A DNA stretch of 64,000 bases from Alphaproteobacteria bacterium HGW-Alphaproteobacteria-7. Its GTDB lineage: Bacteria; Pseudomonadota; Alphaproteobacteria; Sphingomonadales; Sphingomonadaceae. Under the pieces are notes generated by a model. That model saw nothing but the letters and a program-made list of their open reading frames with translations. It did not search any database and was not told the DNA's origin. The position numbers and the translations under genes are program-made. Positions 23,372 through 33,884 of the stretch are shown here, in pieces (position 1 is the first letter of the stretch; each line of letters begins with the position of its first letter). The stretch is taken from assembly GCA_002842735.1 (NCBI GenBank), contig PHEB01000020.1:579-64578 (forward strand), in the 5' to 3' direction.

Positions 23372-24961
23372 ATGGAAAGTTTCGATTACATCGTCATTGG
23401 CGGTGGCAGCGCGGGCAGTGCCGTTGCAGGACGGCTGGCGGTGGATGGCACACGCCGGGTGTGTCTGATCGAGGCGGGCGGGCGCAACGACAATGTCTGG
23501 ATCAAGACGCCGGGCTTCATGCCCTTCATCCCCGAAAAATCGAACTACCGCTATGAAACCGTGCCGCAAAAAGGCCTGAACGGGCGCACCGGGTATCAAC
23601 CGCGCGGGCGCGGACTTGGCGGATCGTCAGCGATCAATGCGATGGTTTATATCCGCGGGGGCCGCTGGGATTACGACAATTGGGCGGCACAGGGCTGCAC
23701 CGGCTGGGCCTATGACGATGTGCTGCCATACTTCAAACGCGCAGAAGCGAACGAACGCGGCGGCGATGATTATCACGGCGCGGGCGGGCCGCTGTTCGTG
23801 TCTGACCAGACCGCCGCCAACCCGGCAAGCCACGCCTTTGTCGAAGCCGCCGCCGCGCTGCAATTGCGCACCAGTGCCGATTTCAATGGCGAACGGCAGG
23901 ATGGGTTCGGCCTGTATCAGGTCACGCAGCGCAAGGGCGAACGCTGGTCAGCCGCGCGCGCTTACGTTGAACCGATCCGCGAACAGGGCAATTTCGCGGT
24001 GCGCACCGATACGCTGGTTGAAAAGCTGGTGATCGAAGGCGGGCGCGTGACCGGGGTGCAGGTGCGGCGCGGAGGCCAACCCGAAACGCTGCTGGCGCGG
24101 CGCGGGGTGGTGCTTTCAGCAGGCGCGTTCAACAGCCCGCAGATCCTGATGCTGTCAGGCATCGGCCCGGCAGATCACCTGAAAGCCCACGGGATCGACG
24201 TGGTGCTGGATCGCGCAGGCGTAGGCCGCAACCTGCAGGATCATATCGACTATGTCTCCGGCTGGGAGACGGTCAGCAATGTGCCGATTGGCAGCACTTT
24301 GAAGGGCAGCCTGCGGATGGTGGCGGCGATGATCGAGCATCGGCGCAAGCGCACCGGGGTGATGACCACCCCCTATGCCGAAGCCGGCGGTTTCTGGACG
24401 GTAATACCCGATAGCCCCGCGCCCGATGTGCAGTGGCACTTTGTCCCCGCCGTGCTGGAAGATCACGGGCGCGAAAAGGTGAAGGCGCACGGCTTTTCGC
24501 TCCACGCCTGCGTGCTGCGCCCTGAAAGCCGGGGAACGGTGCGCTTGGGCAGCGCGGATGCGGCGGCGGCGCCGGTGATTGATCCCAACTTCCTTGATGA
24601 TGAACGCGATATGGCAACCTTGCGCGCTGGGGTGCGCCTGTCGCACCGCATTGCCGAAGCGCCGCCGTTGCAGGCATTCGGCCCAACTGATCGCCACCCG
24701 GTTGATCTGAACGATGACGCCGCGCTCGATGCGCTGATCCGCAGCCGCGCTGACACGGTCTACCACCCGGTCGGCACCTGCCGGATGGGCGCAGACGCCG
24801 ATGCGGTGGTCGACCCGTCGCTTAGGCTGAACGGGCTGGGCGGGCTGTGGGTGGCGGACGCCAGTGTGATGCCCAAGATCGTCAGCGGCAACACCAACGC
24901 GCCCAGCATCATGATCGGTGAACGTTGCGCGGACTTCGTGATGCAAGCCGAGCAGAACTAA
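23372..24961 (+). CDS. GMC-family FAD oxidoreductase (choline/alcohol dehydrogenase-like)
   Basis: DYIVIGGGSAGSAVAGRL, GGSSAINAMVY, HPVGTCRMG, ADASVMP. Confidence 0.9.
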   Translation: MESFDYIVIGGGSAGSAVAGRLAVDGTRRVCLIEAGGRNDNVWIKTPGFMPFIPEKSNYRYETVPQKGLNGRTGYQPRGRGLGGSSAINAMVYIRGGRWDYDNWAAQGCTGWAYDDVLPYFKRAEANERGGDDYHGAGGPLFVSDQTAANPASHAFVEAAAALQLRTSADFNGERQDGFGLYQVTQRKGERWSAARAYVEPIREQGNFAVRTDTLVEKLVIEGGRVTGVQVRRGGQPETLLARRGVVLSAGAFNSPQILMLSGIGPADHLKAHGIDVVLDRAGVGRNLQDHIDYVSGWETVSNVPIGSTLKGSLRMVAAMIEHRRKRTGVMTTPYAEAGGFWTVIPDSPAPDVQWHFVPAVLEDHGREKVKAHGFSLHACVLRPESRGTVRLGSADAAAAPVIDPNFLDDERDMATLRAGVRLSHRIAEAPPLQAFGPTDRHPVDLNDDAALDALIRSRADTVYHPVGTCRMGADADAVVDPSLRLNGLGGLWVADASVMPKIVSGNTNAPSIMIGERCADFVMQAEQN

Positions 24962-25090
24962 CCTCCCAACCGATTGGGAAGCGCTATAACGGCCCGCAGG
25001 GCCGCAAGCGCGACCGCGCGCCCGCAGGCGCTCTGGCGCGCAGCGCCAGAAACCGCGCCGAGGATGCTCGCCCGGACGGGCGAGCGAAAC

Positions 25091-25124
25091 AAAAAAAGGC
25101 CGGAGGGTTTTCACCGCTCCGGCC
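25091..25124 (-). terminator. intrinsic terminator of glnK-amtB (could also stop the convergent GMC gene)
   Basis: Minus strand reads GGCCGGAG-cggtgaaaacc-CTCCGGCC followed by TTTTTTT (A7 at 25091-25097 on plus). Confidence 0.75.
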
Positions 25125-25161
25125 ATTATAAGTTTGTTCGTTCGCAGGAGGAACGTGGTGA

Positions 25162-25201
25162 GGCGGGGGGAGAGGAGAGGGAGAGAGAGTCTCCCCCCGC
25201 C
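25162..25201 (-). repeat. perfect 12-bp inverted repeat with a 16-nt all-purine (plus strand) loop, just after the amtB stop
   Basis: GGCGGGGGGAGA(25162-25173) ... TCTCCCCCCGCC(25190-25201), loop GGAGAGGGAGAGAGAG. Confidence 0.8.
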
Positions 25202-25221
25202 AAGCTTGGTTGAGAAGGTGC

Positions 25222-26580
25222 CTAGTTGTAGGCGCGCTCCCCGTGTTCGGAGATGTCGAGCCCGTTGACTTCGGCTTCTTCATCGACCCGCAGGCCAATA
25301 GTCAGCTTGACGAGGACGGCGGCGATCAAGGTGCCGATCCCGGCCCAGCCGATGGTGATCAGAACGCTTTTGATCTGGATGCCGAGCTGCACACCGAGCG
25401 CGGTCGAACCATCGCCGGGGCCGCCGAGGAACGGCTGGTACACCACCGCCGTGCCAATCGCGCCGATGATGCCGCCAATCCCGTGGATACCGAAAGCATC
25501 GAGCGAATCGTCGTAGCCAAACTTGGCCTTCACCTTGGCGACGAAGACATAGCAAACCGCCGAGGCAACAATGCCGAGCAGGATCGCACCAAACGGGCCA
25601 GAGTTACCCGCCGCCGGAGTGACCGCCACAAGCCCGGCAATCACGCCCGAGCAAAAGCCCAGCGCCGAACCCTTGTGGCCCGCAGCGCGCTCAATCACCA
25701 TCCAGGTCAGCGCGCCCGCTGCGGTGGCAACGAAGGTGTTGATCATGGCAAGGCCCGCCGAACCATCAGCCTCAAGCGCCGACCCTGCGTTGAACCCGAA
25801 CCAGCCCACCCACAACAGGCCGGTGCCGATCATCGTCATCACCAAGCTGTGCGGCGGCATTGGTTCCGACGGATAGCCGCGACGCTTGCCCAGCAGGTAG
25901 GCCAGCACCAAACCCGAAACACCGGCGTTGATGTGCACCACGGTGCCGCCCGCGAAATCGAGCGCGCCGTCTTCGAACATCAGCCCGCCGCCTGCCCACA
26001 CCATGTGCGCGATCGGGAAATAAACGATCGTCAGCCAAATCGGCACGAAGGCCATCACCGCGCTGAACTTCATCCGCTCCGCCGTCGCACCAAGGATCAG
26101 CGCAGCGGTGATCGCGGCAAAGGTCATCTGGAAACTGATGAAGACATATTTGCTGATGACTTCATCGGTGAAAGTCGCCGCCGTGCTGCTGGCGTCAGTG
26201 CCAGACAGGAAATAGCTCCCCCCGCTGATAAACAGGCCCAACGTGCCTTCGTAAACCGTATCGCCAAACGCTAGGCTGTAACCCCACATCACCCAGATCA
26301 GCATGGCGAGACAGGCAGTCGCGCCGATTTGCGTCATGGTCGACAGCATGTTCTTCGACCGTGTGAGCCCGCCGTAGAACAGCGCGAGGCCCGGCAGGAT
26401 CATCAGCAGCACGAGGATGGTCGCGGTCATCATCCAGGCATTATTGCCCGGATTGGGAACGGCAGGCGCGGCTTCGGCAGCGACTGCGGCGGCCTCCGCC
26501 ACTGGAGCGGCAAGCGCCGGTGCGGCCAGCACGACTGCACCGGTCAGCAACGCCGCCAAATTGAAGAAAATACGCTTCAT
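25222..26580 (-). CDS. amtB: ammonium transporter
   Basis: 452 aa with a signal peptide. DFAGGTVVHINAGVSGL, GWFGFNAGSA, LDAFGIHGIGGIIG. Confidence 0.93.
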   Translation of the reverse strand: MKRIFFNLAALLTGAVVLAAPALAAPVAEAAAVAAEAAPAVPNPGNNAWMMTATILVLLMILPGLALFYGGLTRSKNMLSTMTQIGATACLAMLIWVMWGYSLAFGDTVYEGTLGLFISGGSYFLSGTDASSTAATFTDEVISKYVFISFQMTFAAITAALILGATAERMKFSAVMAFVPIWLTIVYFPIAHMVWAGGGLMFEDGALDFAGGTVVHINAGVSGLVLAYLLGKRRGYPSEPMPPHSLVMTMIGTGLLWVGWFGFNAGSALEADGSAGLAMINTFVATAAGALTWMVIERAAGHKGSALGFCSGVIAGLVAVTPAAGNSGPFGAILLGIVASAVCYVFVAKVKAKFGYDDSLDAFGIHGIGGIIGAIGTAVVYQPFLGGPGDGSTALGVQLGIQIKSVLITIGWAGIGTLIAAVLVKLTIGLRVDEEAEVNGLDISEHGERAYN

Positions 26581-26592
26581 CGCTTGGTCCCT

Positions 26593-27021
<429 letters not shown>

Positions 27022-27106
27022 TCAGCAGGTTTCTTCGCACCTGCGGAAAAATATCTGCCTAAGATTTAATCGCGTGTTTATTTATTAGGCAAAAATTATG
27101 AAGCGA

Positions 27107-27988
27107 TCACAAAAAATCGCGCAAGGTGGCGATGAAGCGGTCAAATTGGTCGTGGTGGAGCCAGTGCCCGGCCTTGTCGAACTCGATCACTTTGGCCGTC
27201 TTGAAATGGGCGATGCGCCCGTCCTTCTCGGGGTTCGAGGCCCAGCTGTCCGCGCCATACAGCAGCAGCGTCGGGCAGGAGATCGCGCGCCACAGTGCCT
27301 CGACGAATTCATCTCCCACTTCCTCGACCGGCCAGACATTGAGATGCGGGTCGAATTTCCAGCTATAGGTGCCGTCCTCGTTGCGGTTGACGCCGTGGAC
27401 GGTCAGATGTCGCGCCTGTTCCTCTGTGAGGTAGGCGTTTTCCTCGATCATGCGGGCAAACGCCGCTTCGATGCTGACGTATTTGCGCGGGGATCGCCCG
27501 GCGGCCTTGCGTTTCTTTTCGATCCATTCGGCGAGGCGCTCGGGATAGGGCACGCTGCGCTGCTCGGCCCGCATTTCCGGCGAGGGGCCAAGCCCTTCGA
27601 TCGCCACCAGCTTGCTCACCATATCGGGGAAGGCACCAGCATAACGTAGCGCGACATTGCCGCCCATCGAATGCGCCACCATCCGCACCGGGCCGACACC
27701 CAGCTGATGGATCAACTGCGCCAGATCATAGACCATGTCAGCCGCTGAATAGACCCCGTCGGACACCCAATCGCTATCACCGTGCCCGCGATGATCCATC
27801 GCGATGACGTGGTAATCCTCGCGCAGCGCCTCCGCCGTCCAGTCCCACGAACGCGCATGATCGCGCCCCCCATGCACCAGCACCAAGGGAGGTTTCCCCC
27901 TGCCGCCCCAATCGAGGTAATTCAACCGAAGGCGCTGAGAGATGAAGGTCTGCGATGTTGGGCCAGTGTGGTGCATGTCATGCGCCAT
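27107..27988 (-). CDS. alpha/beta-fold hydrolase
   Basis: LVLVHGGRDHARSW, HRGHGDS, nucleophile elbow AHSMGG, C-terminal GHWLHHDQ. ATG 27988 was chosen because the longer track ORF overlaps prfC. Confidence 0.8.
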   Translation of the reverse strand: MAHDMHHTGPTSQTFISQRLRLNYLDWGGRGKPPLVLVHGGRDHARSWDWTAEALREDYHVIAMDHRGHGDSDWVSDGVYSAADMVYDLAQLIHQLGVGPVRMVAHSMGGNVALRYAGAFPDMVSKLVAIEGLGPSPEMRAEQRSVPYPERLAEWIEKKRKAAGRSPRKYVSIEAAFARMIEENAYLTEEQARHLTVHGVNRNEDGTYSWKFDPHLNVWPVEEVGDEFVEALWRAISCPTLLLYGADSWASNPEKDGRIAHFKTAKVIEFDKAGHWLHHDQFDRFIATLRDFL

Positions 27989-28014
27989 GCCGCGAACCCG
28001 ATCCTCCCGCAACC

Positions 28015-29538
28015 CTAACGCTCCTTCGTGGCCGAAAAGGTCAGCTCGGGGTTCTTTTCGACCTGATAGCTGACGTCCCACGGGCTTTTCGCCATGAACA
28101 CGTAATCACCATCGCGATCCCGCGCGAGGTTGGCGCGGTTGAACCCGGCGAATTCCTCCAAGGCCTTTTCATCGCCCTTGATCCATCGCGCGGTGGCAAA
28201 CGGCGATGGTTCGAGCACGGCTTCGACCTTGTATTCCGCCTCAAGCCGCGAAATCAGCACTTCCAATTGCAACTGCCCGACCACGCCGACAATGTGTTGC
28301 GATCCGATGTCGGGGTGAAACACCTGGATCACGCCTTCTTCGGAAAGATCGTCCAACGCTTTGCGCAATTGCTTGGTCTTGGTCGGATCGCGCAATTGCA
28401 CGCGGCGCAGAATTTCAGGCGCAAAATTGGGCAGGCCGGTAAAGCGCACCTGATTGCGTTCGGACAGCGTATCACCCACCCGCAAGGTGCCGTGGTTGGG
28501 GATGCCGATGATGTCGCCCGCCTCTGCGGTATCGGCAATTTCACGGTCCTGCGCGAAGAACAGGATGGGCGAATGCACCGCAATCGGTTTGCCCAGCCCT
28601 GACGGGGTCAGCTTCATCCCGCGTTTGAAGGTGCCCGAAACCTGCCGCATAAAGGCGATGCGGTCGCGGTGGTTGGGGTCCATATTGGCCTGCACCTTGA
28701 AAATGAAGCCGGTGACTTCATCGCGATCCGGGCTGATCTGCTCTTCCCCCGCAGGCTGAGGGCGCGGCGGCGGGGCATAGCGGGCGATCGCATCGATCAA
28801 TTCGATGATGCCAAAATCCTTGAGCGCCGATCCGAAATAGACCGGAGTCAAGTCGCCGTGGCGAAACGCCTCAAGGTCAAATTCGGGATAGCCGCCGCGC
28901 GCCAGCTCGATCTCATCGGCAAAACGCTGCGGGATCGCAGCGTCCGCCTCACGCTTGCCCAGAAACTCACGCGAAGGGCCTTCGGGACGGCTGACTTCAC
29001 CACTGGCGAAATCGAGAATGCCCTCAAATTCGCCGCCCATCCCGATTGGCCACATCTGCGGGGAGACATCGAGCGCGAGCATATCGGCCACTTCGTCGAG
29101 CGTTTCGAACGGATCGCGGCCTTCGCGGTCAACCTTATTGACGAAGGTGATGATCGGCACGCTCCGCAATCGGCACACCTCGAACAGCTTGCGGGTCTGC
29201 GGTTCGATCCCCTTGGCCGCGTCGATCACCATCACGGCGGAATCCACTGCGGTCAGCGTGCGGTAGGTATCTTCCGAGAAATCCTCGTGCCCCGGCGTGT
29301 CGAGCAGGTTGAAGACGATCCCGTCGCGCTCGAACGTCATCACGCTGGACGTGACCGAGATGCCGCGCTGCTGTTCGATCTTCATCCAGTCCGACCGCGC
29401 CCGCCGTGCCGCGCCGCGCGCCTTGACCTCACCCGCAAGATGGATCGCGCCGCCCTGCAGCAGCAGCTTTTCAGTAAGCGTGGTCTTCCCGGCGTCAGGG
29501 TGCGAAATGATCGCGAAAGTGCGGCGGTTTGAGGTCAT
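28015..29538 (-). CDS. prfC: peptide chain release factor 3
   Basis: RRTFAIISHPDAGKTTLTEKLL, DTPGHEDF, NKVDR. ATG 29538 overlaps the upstream stop (ATGA). Confidence 0.93.
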   Translation of the reverse strand: MTSNRRTFAIISHPDAGKTTLTEKLLLQGGAIHLAGEVKARGAARRARSDWMKIEQQRGISVTSSVMTFERDGIVFNLLDTPGHEDFSEDTYRTLTAVDSAVMVIDAAKGIEPQTRKLFEVCRLRSVPIITFVNKVDREGRDPFETLDEVADMLALDVSPQMWPIGMGGEFEGILDFASGEVSRPEGPSREFLGKREADAAIPQRFADEIELARGGYPEFDLEAFRHGDLTPVYFGSALKDFGIIELIDAIARYAPPPRPQPAGEEQISPDRDEVTGFIFKVQANMDPNHRDRIAFMRQVSGTFKRGMKLTPSGLGKPIAVHSPILFFAQDREIADTAEAGDIIGIPNHGTLRVGDTLSERNQVRFTGLPNFAPEILRRVQLRDPTKTKQLRKALDDLSEEGVIQVFHPDIGSQHIVGVVGQLQLEVLISRLEAEYKVEAVLEPSPFATARWIKGDEKALEEFAGFNRANLARDRDGDYVFMAKSPWDVSYQVEKNPELTFSATKER

Positions 29539-30308
29539 ACGGGATCGCGTGCGACGCGGAAGCCCGCGAAGTCCTGATTGACCGGCATCAGCTCGATCCG
29601 GTTGATGTTGAGATGCGGCGGCAGGTTTGCGATCCACAGAATCGTGTCGGCGATGTCCTGCCCGGTCATCGGATTGGCCCCGCGATAAAGGCTGTCCGAA
29701 GCCTCCTGACTGCCGGTGCGCACCACGGTGAATTCGGTCTCGACCATCCCCGGCTCGATGCTGGTGACGCGCACCCCGGTGCCGTGGAGGTCAGCCCGCA
29801 GGGCGAGCGTGAAGTGGTTGGCGAAGGCCTTTGACCCGGCGTAGACATTGCCGCCCGGATAGACGTAACTCCCCGCAACCGAACCGATCGCGATGATCGC
29901 ACCCTTGCGCGCGATCAGACCGGGCAGCAGCTTGCGGGTCAGCACCACCATCGCGGTGATGTTGGTGTCGATCATCGTATGCCAGTCACTCAGATCGGCA
30001 TTCTGCGCAGGCGACAGGCCTTGCGCGAGACCGGCGTTGTTCACCAGCAGATCAATATCGCGAAAGCCATCAGGCAGGTTCGCCAGTGCGGCGTCGAGCG
30101 CGGCGGTATCGCGCACGTCAAAGCAGGCGGGGTGGACCTTGTCAGCCCCCAACTCTGCCACCAACGCATCCAGTCGCTCCTTCCGCCGACCGGTCGCGAC
30201 GCAGCGCCAGCCGTTGGCGACCAGCGTGCGGACGGTGGCGAGGCCGATTCCGGCGGTGGCGCCGGTGACGAAAGCGGTTCTTTCGACTGAGCTCAAGACA
30301 GGCTTCAT
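29535..30308 (-). CDS. SDR-family NAD(P)-dependent oxidoreductase (YdfG-like)
   Basis: AFVTGATAGIGLA, NNAG, YAGSKAF. ATG overlaps the pheT stop. Confidence 0.85.
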   Translation of the reverse strand: MKPVLSSVERTAFVTGATAGIGLATVRTLVANGWRCVATGRRKERLDALVAELGADKVHPACFDVRDTAALDAALANLPDGFRDIDLLVNNAGLAQGLSPAQNADLSDWHTMIDTNITAMVVLTRKLLPGLIARKGAIIAIGSVAGSYVYPGGNVYAGSKAFANHFTLALRADLHGTGVRVTSIEPGMVETEFTVVRTGSQEASDSLYRGANPMTGQDIADTILWIANLPPHLNINRIELMPVNQDFAGFRVARDPV

Positions 30309-32707
30309 CCGCGCAACTCCCCGCCCAGCTTGGCGGCGGCAGCGATCACCTTTTCGGCGATGGCTTTCAGTTCCGCATCCTTGAAGCTGGTCTCACCCGG
30401 TTGCAGCGTGACTTCGATGGCAAGCGACTTGTGGCCTTCGGGCACGCCCGCCCCTGCGAACACATCGAACACCCGCACGGCTGTAATTGCCGCCTTGTCC
30501 GCGCCCTGTACGGCGCGGACGAGATCGCCAGCCGCCAGTGTTGCAGGAACCAGAAACGCGAAGTCGCGGGTCACGGCTTGCAATGCAGGCGGGGTAAATT
30601 GGGCCCGCGCAAAGGCTGCGCCCTTCTTGGCCGGGATCGCATCGAGGAACAGTTCGACTGCCGCAATCGGCCCGTCGACATCGAAGGCCTTGAGCGTGGC
30701 GGGATGCACCATTCCGAAGCGCGCCAGCACCGTCTTGGGCCCGAGCCGCAGAGTGCCCGATTGGCCGGGATGGAACTGCGCGCCAGCGTCTCCCATCACC
30801 ATCAGATTGGCGGTAGGAGCGCCCGCCGCTTCGAGCAATTCGAGCGCCAGTGCCTTGGCGTCAAAGGCGTCAAAGCTCTGCGCCTTGCCCGTCTTCCATC
30901 CGCGCGGCGTTTTCTCGCCCGCCAGCACGATGCCCAGCGTCGGCTTTTCATCGCTGAGGCCATCCTGCGCCCGGAAATAGCGTCGCCCGATTTCGAACAG
31001 GCGCGAGCCGGGCGCGCCGCGATCGGCGTTGCGCTTGGCCGCGATCAGCAGGCCGGGCAGCAAGGATGGGCGCATCGCTTTCAGGTCTTCGCTGATCGGA
31101 TTGGCGAGCACCCACAGCGCCTCGCCTTCGGCAGCGAAGTGCTCTGCCGCCCATTCGGGCAGGAAGCTCCACGTGATCGCTTCATTGAGGCCGCTCGCCG
31201 CCGCGGCTCGCCGCAACCCGCGCTCCAGCTTTTGCTGCGGCGTCGCGGTCGGTCTTGCCACGCCCTCGGTGCGCGGTAGGGGCACGCTTGCCACTGTGTC
31301 GAGCCCGTGGATGCGCACCACTTCTTCGACCAGATCGGCAGCGCCTTCGATATCGTGACGGCGCAGCGGGCAGGTGACTTTGGGGTTCTTTGGCCAGCCC
31401 GCGCTGACAGTAAAGCCGAGCCTTTCGAGGATGCGGCGTTGTTCGCCCTCATCCACATCCACCCCGCCAAGGCGCAGTGTCAGGCCCGGATCGAAGGCGA
31501 TCACCTTCGCGGCGCTCGGCGGTGAACCGGCGCGGACGGTCTCGGTTGGAGTTCCGCCCGCCAGTTCGACGATCAACCCGGTGAGCAGGTCAAGCCCATC
31601 GTCCAGAAAATCCGGGTCCACCCCGCGCTCAAACCGGATGCGCGCGTCCGACGCCAGCCCCAGCTTGCGCCCCGTCGCCCCGATGCGCACCGGATCGAAA
31701 TAAGCGATTTCGAGCAGCACATCAGTGGTCGTTTCCGATACACCCGAATCCTCGCCGCCCATGATCCCGGCGACATCGTGGACTTGGGCATCGTCAGCGA
31801 TCACCACCATGCTGTCATCAAGCGTGTAGGTTTTCTCGTTGAGCGCCAGCACCTGTTCGCCCGCGCGGGCGCGCCGCGCCACCACCGCGCCCGAAAGCTT
31901 GGCAAGATCATAGATGTGCGCCGGACGGCCAAAGCCGAGCATCAGGTAGTTGGTGAGGTCAACCAGCAGCGAAATCGGGCGCTGGCCTGCGCTTTTCAGG
32001 CGCGCCTGCAACCAATCGGGCGAGGTGCCATTGGTGACGCCGGTAATCACCCGGCCATAGAACGCCGGGCAGCCTTCCGGATCGTCAGTGCGGATTTCCA
32101 CCGGACAATCGCCGCGCTCGGCAAACGCGGGGATCGCAATCGGCTTCAGCGTCCCCAGCCCCTTCGCCGCCAGATCGCGAGCGATACCATACACGCCCAT
32201 GCAGTCCGGGCGGTTCGGCGTCACCGCGACCTCGATCACCGGGTCGGCACCGTGGTAATCGGCAAAGCTCGCCCCCACCGGCGCGTCGTCCGGCAATTCG
32301 ATGATCCCGTCGTGATCCTCGCCCAGTTCCAACTCGCGGACCGAGCACATCATGCCGTTGGATTCGACCCCGCGGATCGCGCTCTTGCGCAGCACCATGC
32401 CGTTGGCCGGAACAACCGCCCCGGGCAGGCCCAGCACGCCCTTCATGCCCGCGCGGGCATTGGGCGCGCCGCACACGACCTGCAACGGATCGCCCTCTCC
32501 GGTATCGACGGTGAGCACCTGCAGCTTGTCAGCATCGGGGTGGCGCGCGGCGGTCAGCACGTGGGCGACGCGGAAACCGGCGAGCTTGTCCGCCGGGTCT
32601 TCGACGCCTTCGACCTCAAGCCCGATGGCGTTCAACGCATCGCAGATTTCGGCCACGGTGCCGGTGGTTTCGAGATGATCCTTGAGCCAGGTGAGCGAGA
32701 ACTTCAT
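30305..32707 (-). CDS. pheT: phenylalanine--tRNA ligase beta subunit
   Basis: [14 protein letters not shown]..., tRNA-binding, B3/4 and B5 domain pattern, 800 aa. ATG 32707 overlaps the pheS stop. Confidence 0.93.
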   Translation of the reverse strand: MKFSLTWLKDHLETTGTVAEICDALNAIGLEVEGVEDPADKLAGFRVAHVLTAARHPDADKLQVLTVDTGEGDPLQVVCGAPNARAGMKGVLGLPGAVVPANGMVLRKSAIRGVESNGMMCSVRELELGEDHDGIIELPDDAPVGASFADYHGADPVIEVAVTPNRPDCMGVYGIARDLAAKGLGTLKPIAIPAFAERGDCPVEIRTDDPEGCPAFYGRVITGVTNGTSPDWLQARLKSAGQRPISLLVDLTNYLMLGFGRPAHIYDLAKLSGAVVARRARAGEQVLALNEKTYTLDDSMVVIADDAQVHDVAGIMGGEDSGVSETTTDVLLEIAYFDPVRIGATGRKLGLASDARIRFERGVDPDFLDDGLDLLTGLIVELAGGTPTETVRAGSPPSAAKVIAFDPGLTLRLGGVDVDEGEQRRILERLGFTVSAGWPKNPKVTCPLRRHDIEGAADLVEEVVRIHGLDTVASVPLPRTEGVARPTATPQQKLERGLRRAAAASGLNEAITWSFLPEWAAEHFAAEGEALWVLANPISEDLKAMRPSLLPGLLIAAKRNADRGAPGSRLFEIGRRYFRAQDGLSDEKPTLGIVLAGEKTPRGWKTGKAQSFDAFDAKALALELLEAAGAPTANLMVMGDAGAQFHPGQSGTLRLGPKTVLARFGMVHPATLKAFDVDGPIAAVELFLDAIPAKKGAAFARAQFTPPALQAVTRDFAFLVPATLAAGDLVRAVQGADKAAITAVRVFDVFAGAGVPEGHKSLAIEVTLQPGETSFKDAELKAIAEKVIAAAAKLGGELRG

Positions 32708-33804
32708 GCCTTCGCTCCCACGCCAGCGGCGAGGGTCGGCTGATCGAACGGCGAGAAGCCGTAATGCTGCAGCCACCGCGGGTCGCCATCGAAGAAGGCG
32801 CGCAGATCATTCATCCCGTATTTGAGCATCGCAATCCGATCGATCCCGAGGCCGAAGGCAAAGCCCTGATATTCATCGGGATCAATTCCGGCAAATTCGA
32901 GCACACGGCGGTTCACCATCCCGCTGCCGCCCAATTCCATCCACGCGTGGCCCGGCGCATCGCCGTGCCCACCGACCACGCGGCGACCTCCTTCGGTGGA
33001 GTAACCGACATCAACCTCGACGCTTGGCTCGGTGAAGGGGAAATATGACGGGCGCAGCCGCAGCACGATATCCTCGCGCTCAAAGAAGGCTTTGAAAAAG
33101 GTCTCCAGCGTCCATTTGAGGTGGCCCAAGTGAATGTCGCGGCCCACGACCAGCCCTTCGACCTGATGGAACATCGGCGTGTGGGTGGCATCGCTGTCGC
33201 TGCGATAGACCCGCCCCGGTGCAATCAGGCGGATCGGCGCGCCCTGCGCCAGCATTGAACGGATCTGCACCGGCGAGGTGTGGGTCCTGAGGAGAATGTC
33301 CTTCCCGTCACCCGATTTGTCCGGGAAATAGAACGTATCGTGCATCGCCCGTGCCGGGTGGGTTTCATCCATGTTGAGCGCGGTGAAATTGTGCCAGTCG
33401 TCCTCGATTTCCGGCCCGGTGGCGACCGCGAAGCCCAGATCAGCGAAGATTTCCGCCAGTTCGTCCATCACCTGGCTAACCGGATGCACCGAACCGCGCG
33501 GCGCAGGCGCGGCGGGCAGGGTCAGGTCGATTGTCTCGCGCGCCAGCCGCGCTTCAAGCTCCGCAGTCTCCAACGCCGCCTTGCGCGCATCCAGCGCCGC
33601 AGCAATGTCCGCACGCGCGGTCTGGATCGCAGGCGCGGCGGCGGCGCGCTGCTCCGGGCTCATCCCACCCAGCGTCTTGAGCGCAAGGCTGACCCAGCCC
33701 TTTTTGCCAAGCGTGTCGAGCCGCTGCGCCTCAAGCGCGTTAAGGCTCGTCGCTGCAGCAATCGCGGCCAGCGCGGCCTGTGTCTGGTTGGTGATGTCGG
33801 TCAT
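32704..33804 (-). CDS. pheS: phenylalanine--tRNA ligase alpha subunit
   Basis: [58 protein letters not shown]. Confidence 0.93.
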   Translation of the reverse strand: MTDITNQTQAALAAIAAATSLNALEAQRLDTLGKKGWVSLALKTLGGMSPEQRAAAAPAIQTARADIAAALDARKAALETAELEARLARETIDLTLPAAPAPRGSVHPVSQVMDELAEIFADLGFAVATGPEIEDDWHNFTALNMDETHPARAMHDTFYFPDKSGDGKDILLRTHTSPVQIRSMLAQGAPIRLIAPGRVYRSDSDATHTPMFHQVEGLVVGRDIHLGHLKWTLETFFKAFFEREDIVLRLRPSYFPFTEPSVEVDVGYSTEGGRRVVGGHGDAPGHAWMELGGSGMVNRRVLEFAGIDPDEYQGFAFGLGIDRIAMLKYGMNDLRAFFDGDPRWLQHYGFSPFDQPTLAAGVGAKA

Positions 33805-33884
33805 GGCCTTAAGAGTTTTCGCAAGCGGAGTTTTCCCCCGGCGCGCTAGCCGCAAATGGTGCGTTTTGCAAAGCGCCTGTCAGG

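Noticed and set aside
25210-26274. 354-aa plus-strand ORF opposite amtB.
   Set aside because: It is a shadow ORF. The amtB identity on the minus strand is unambiguous.
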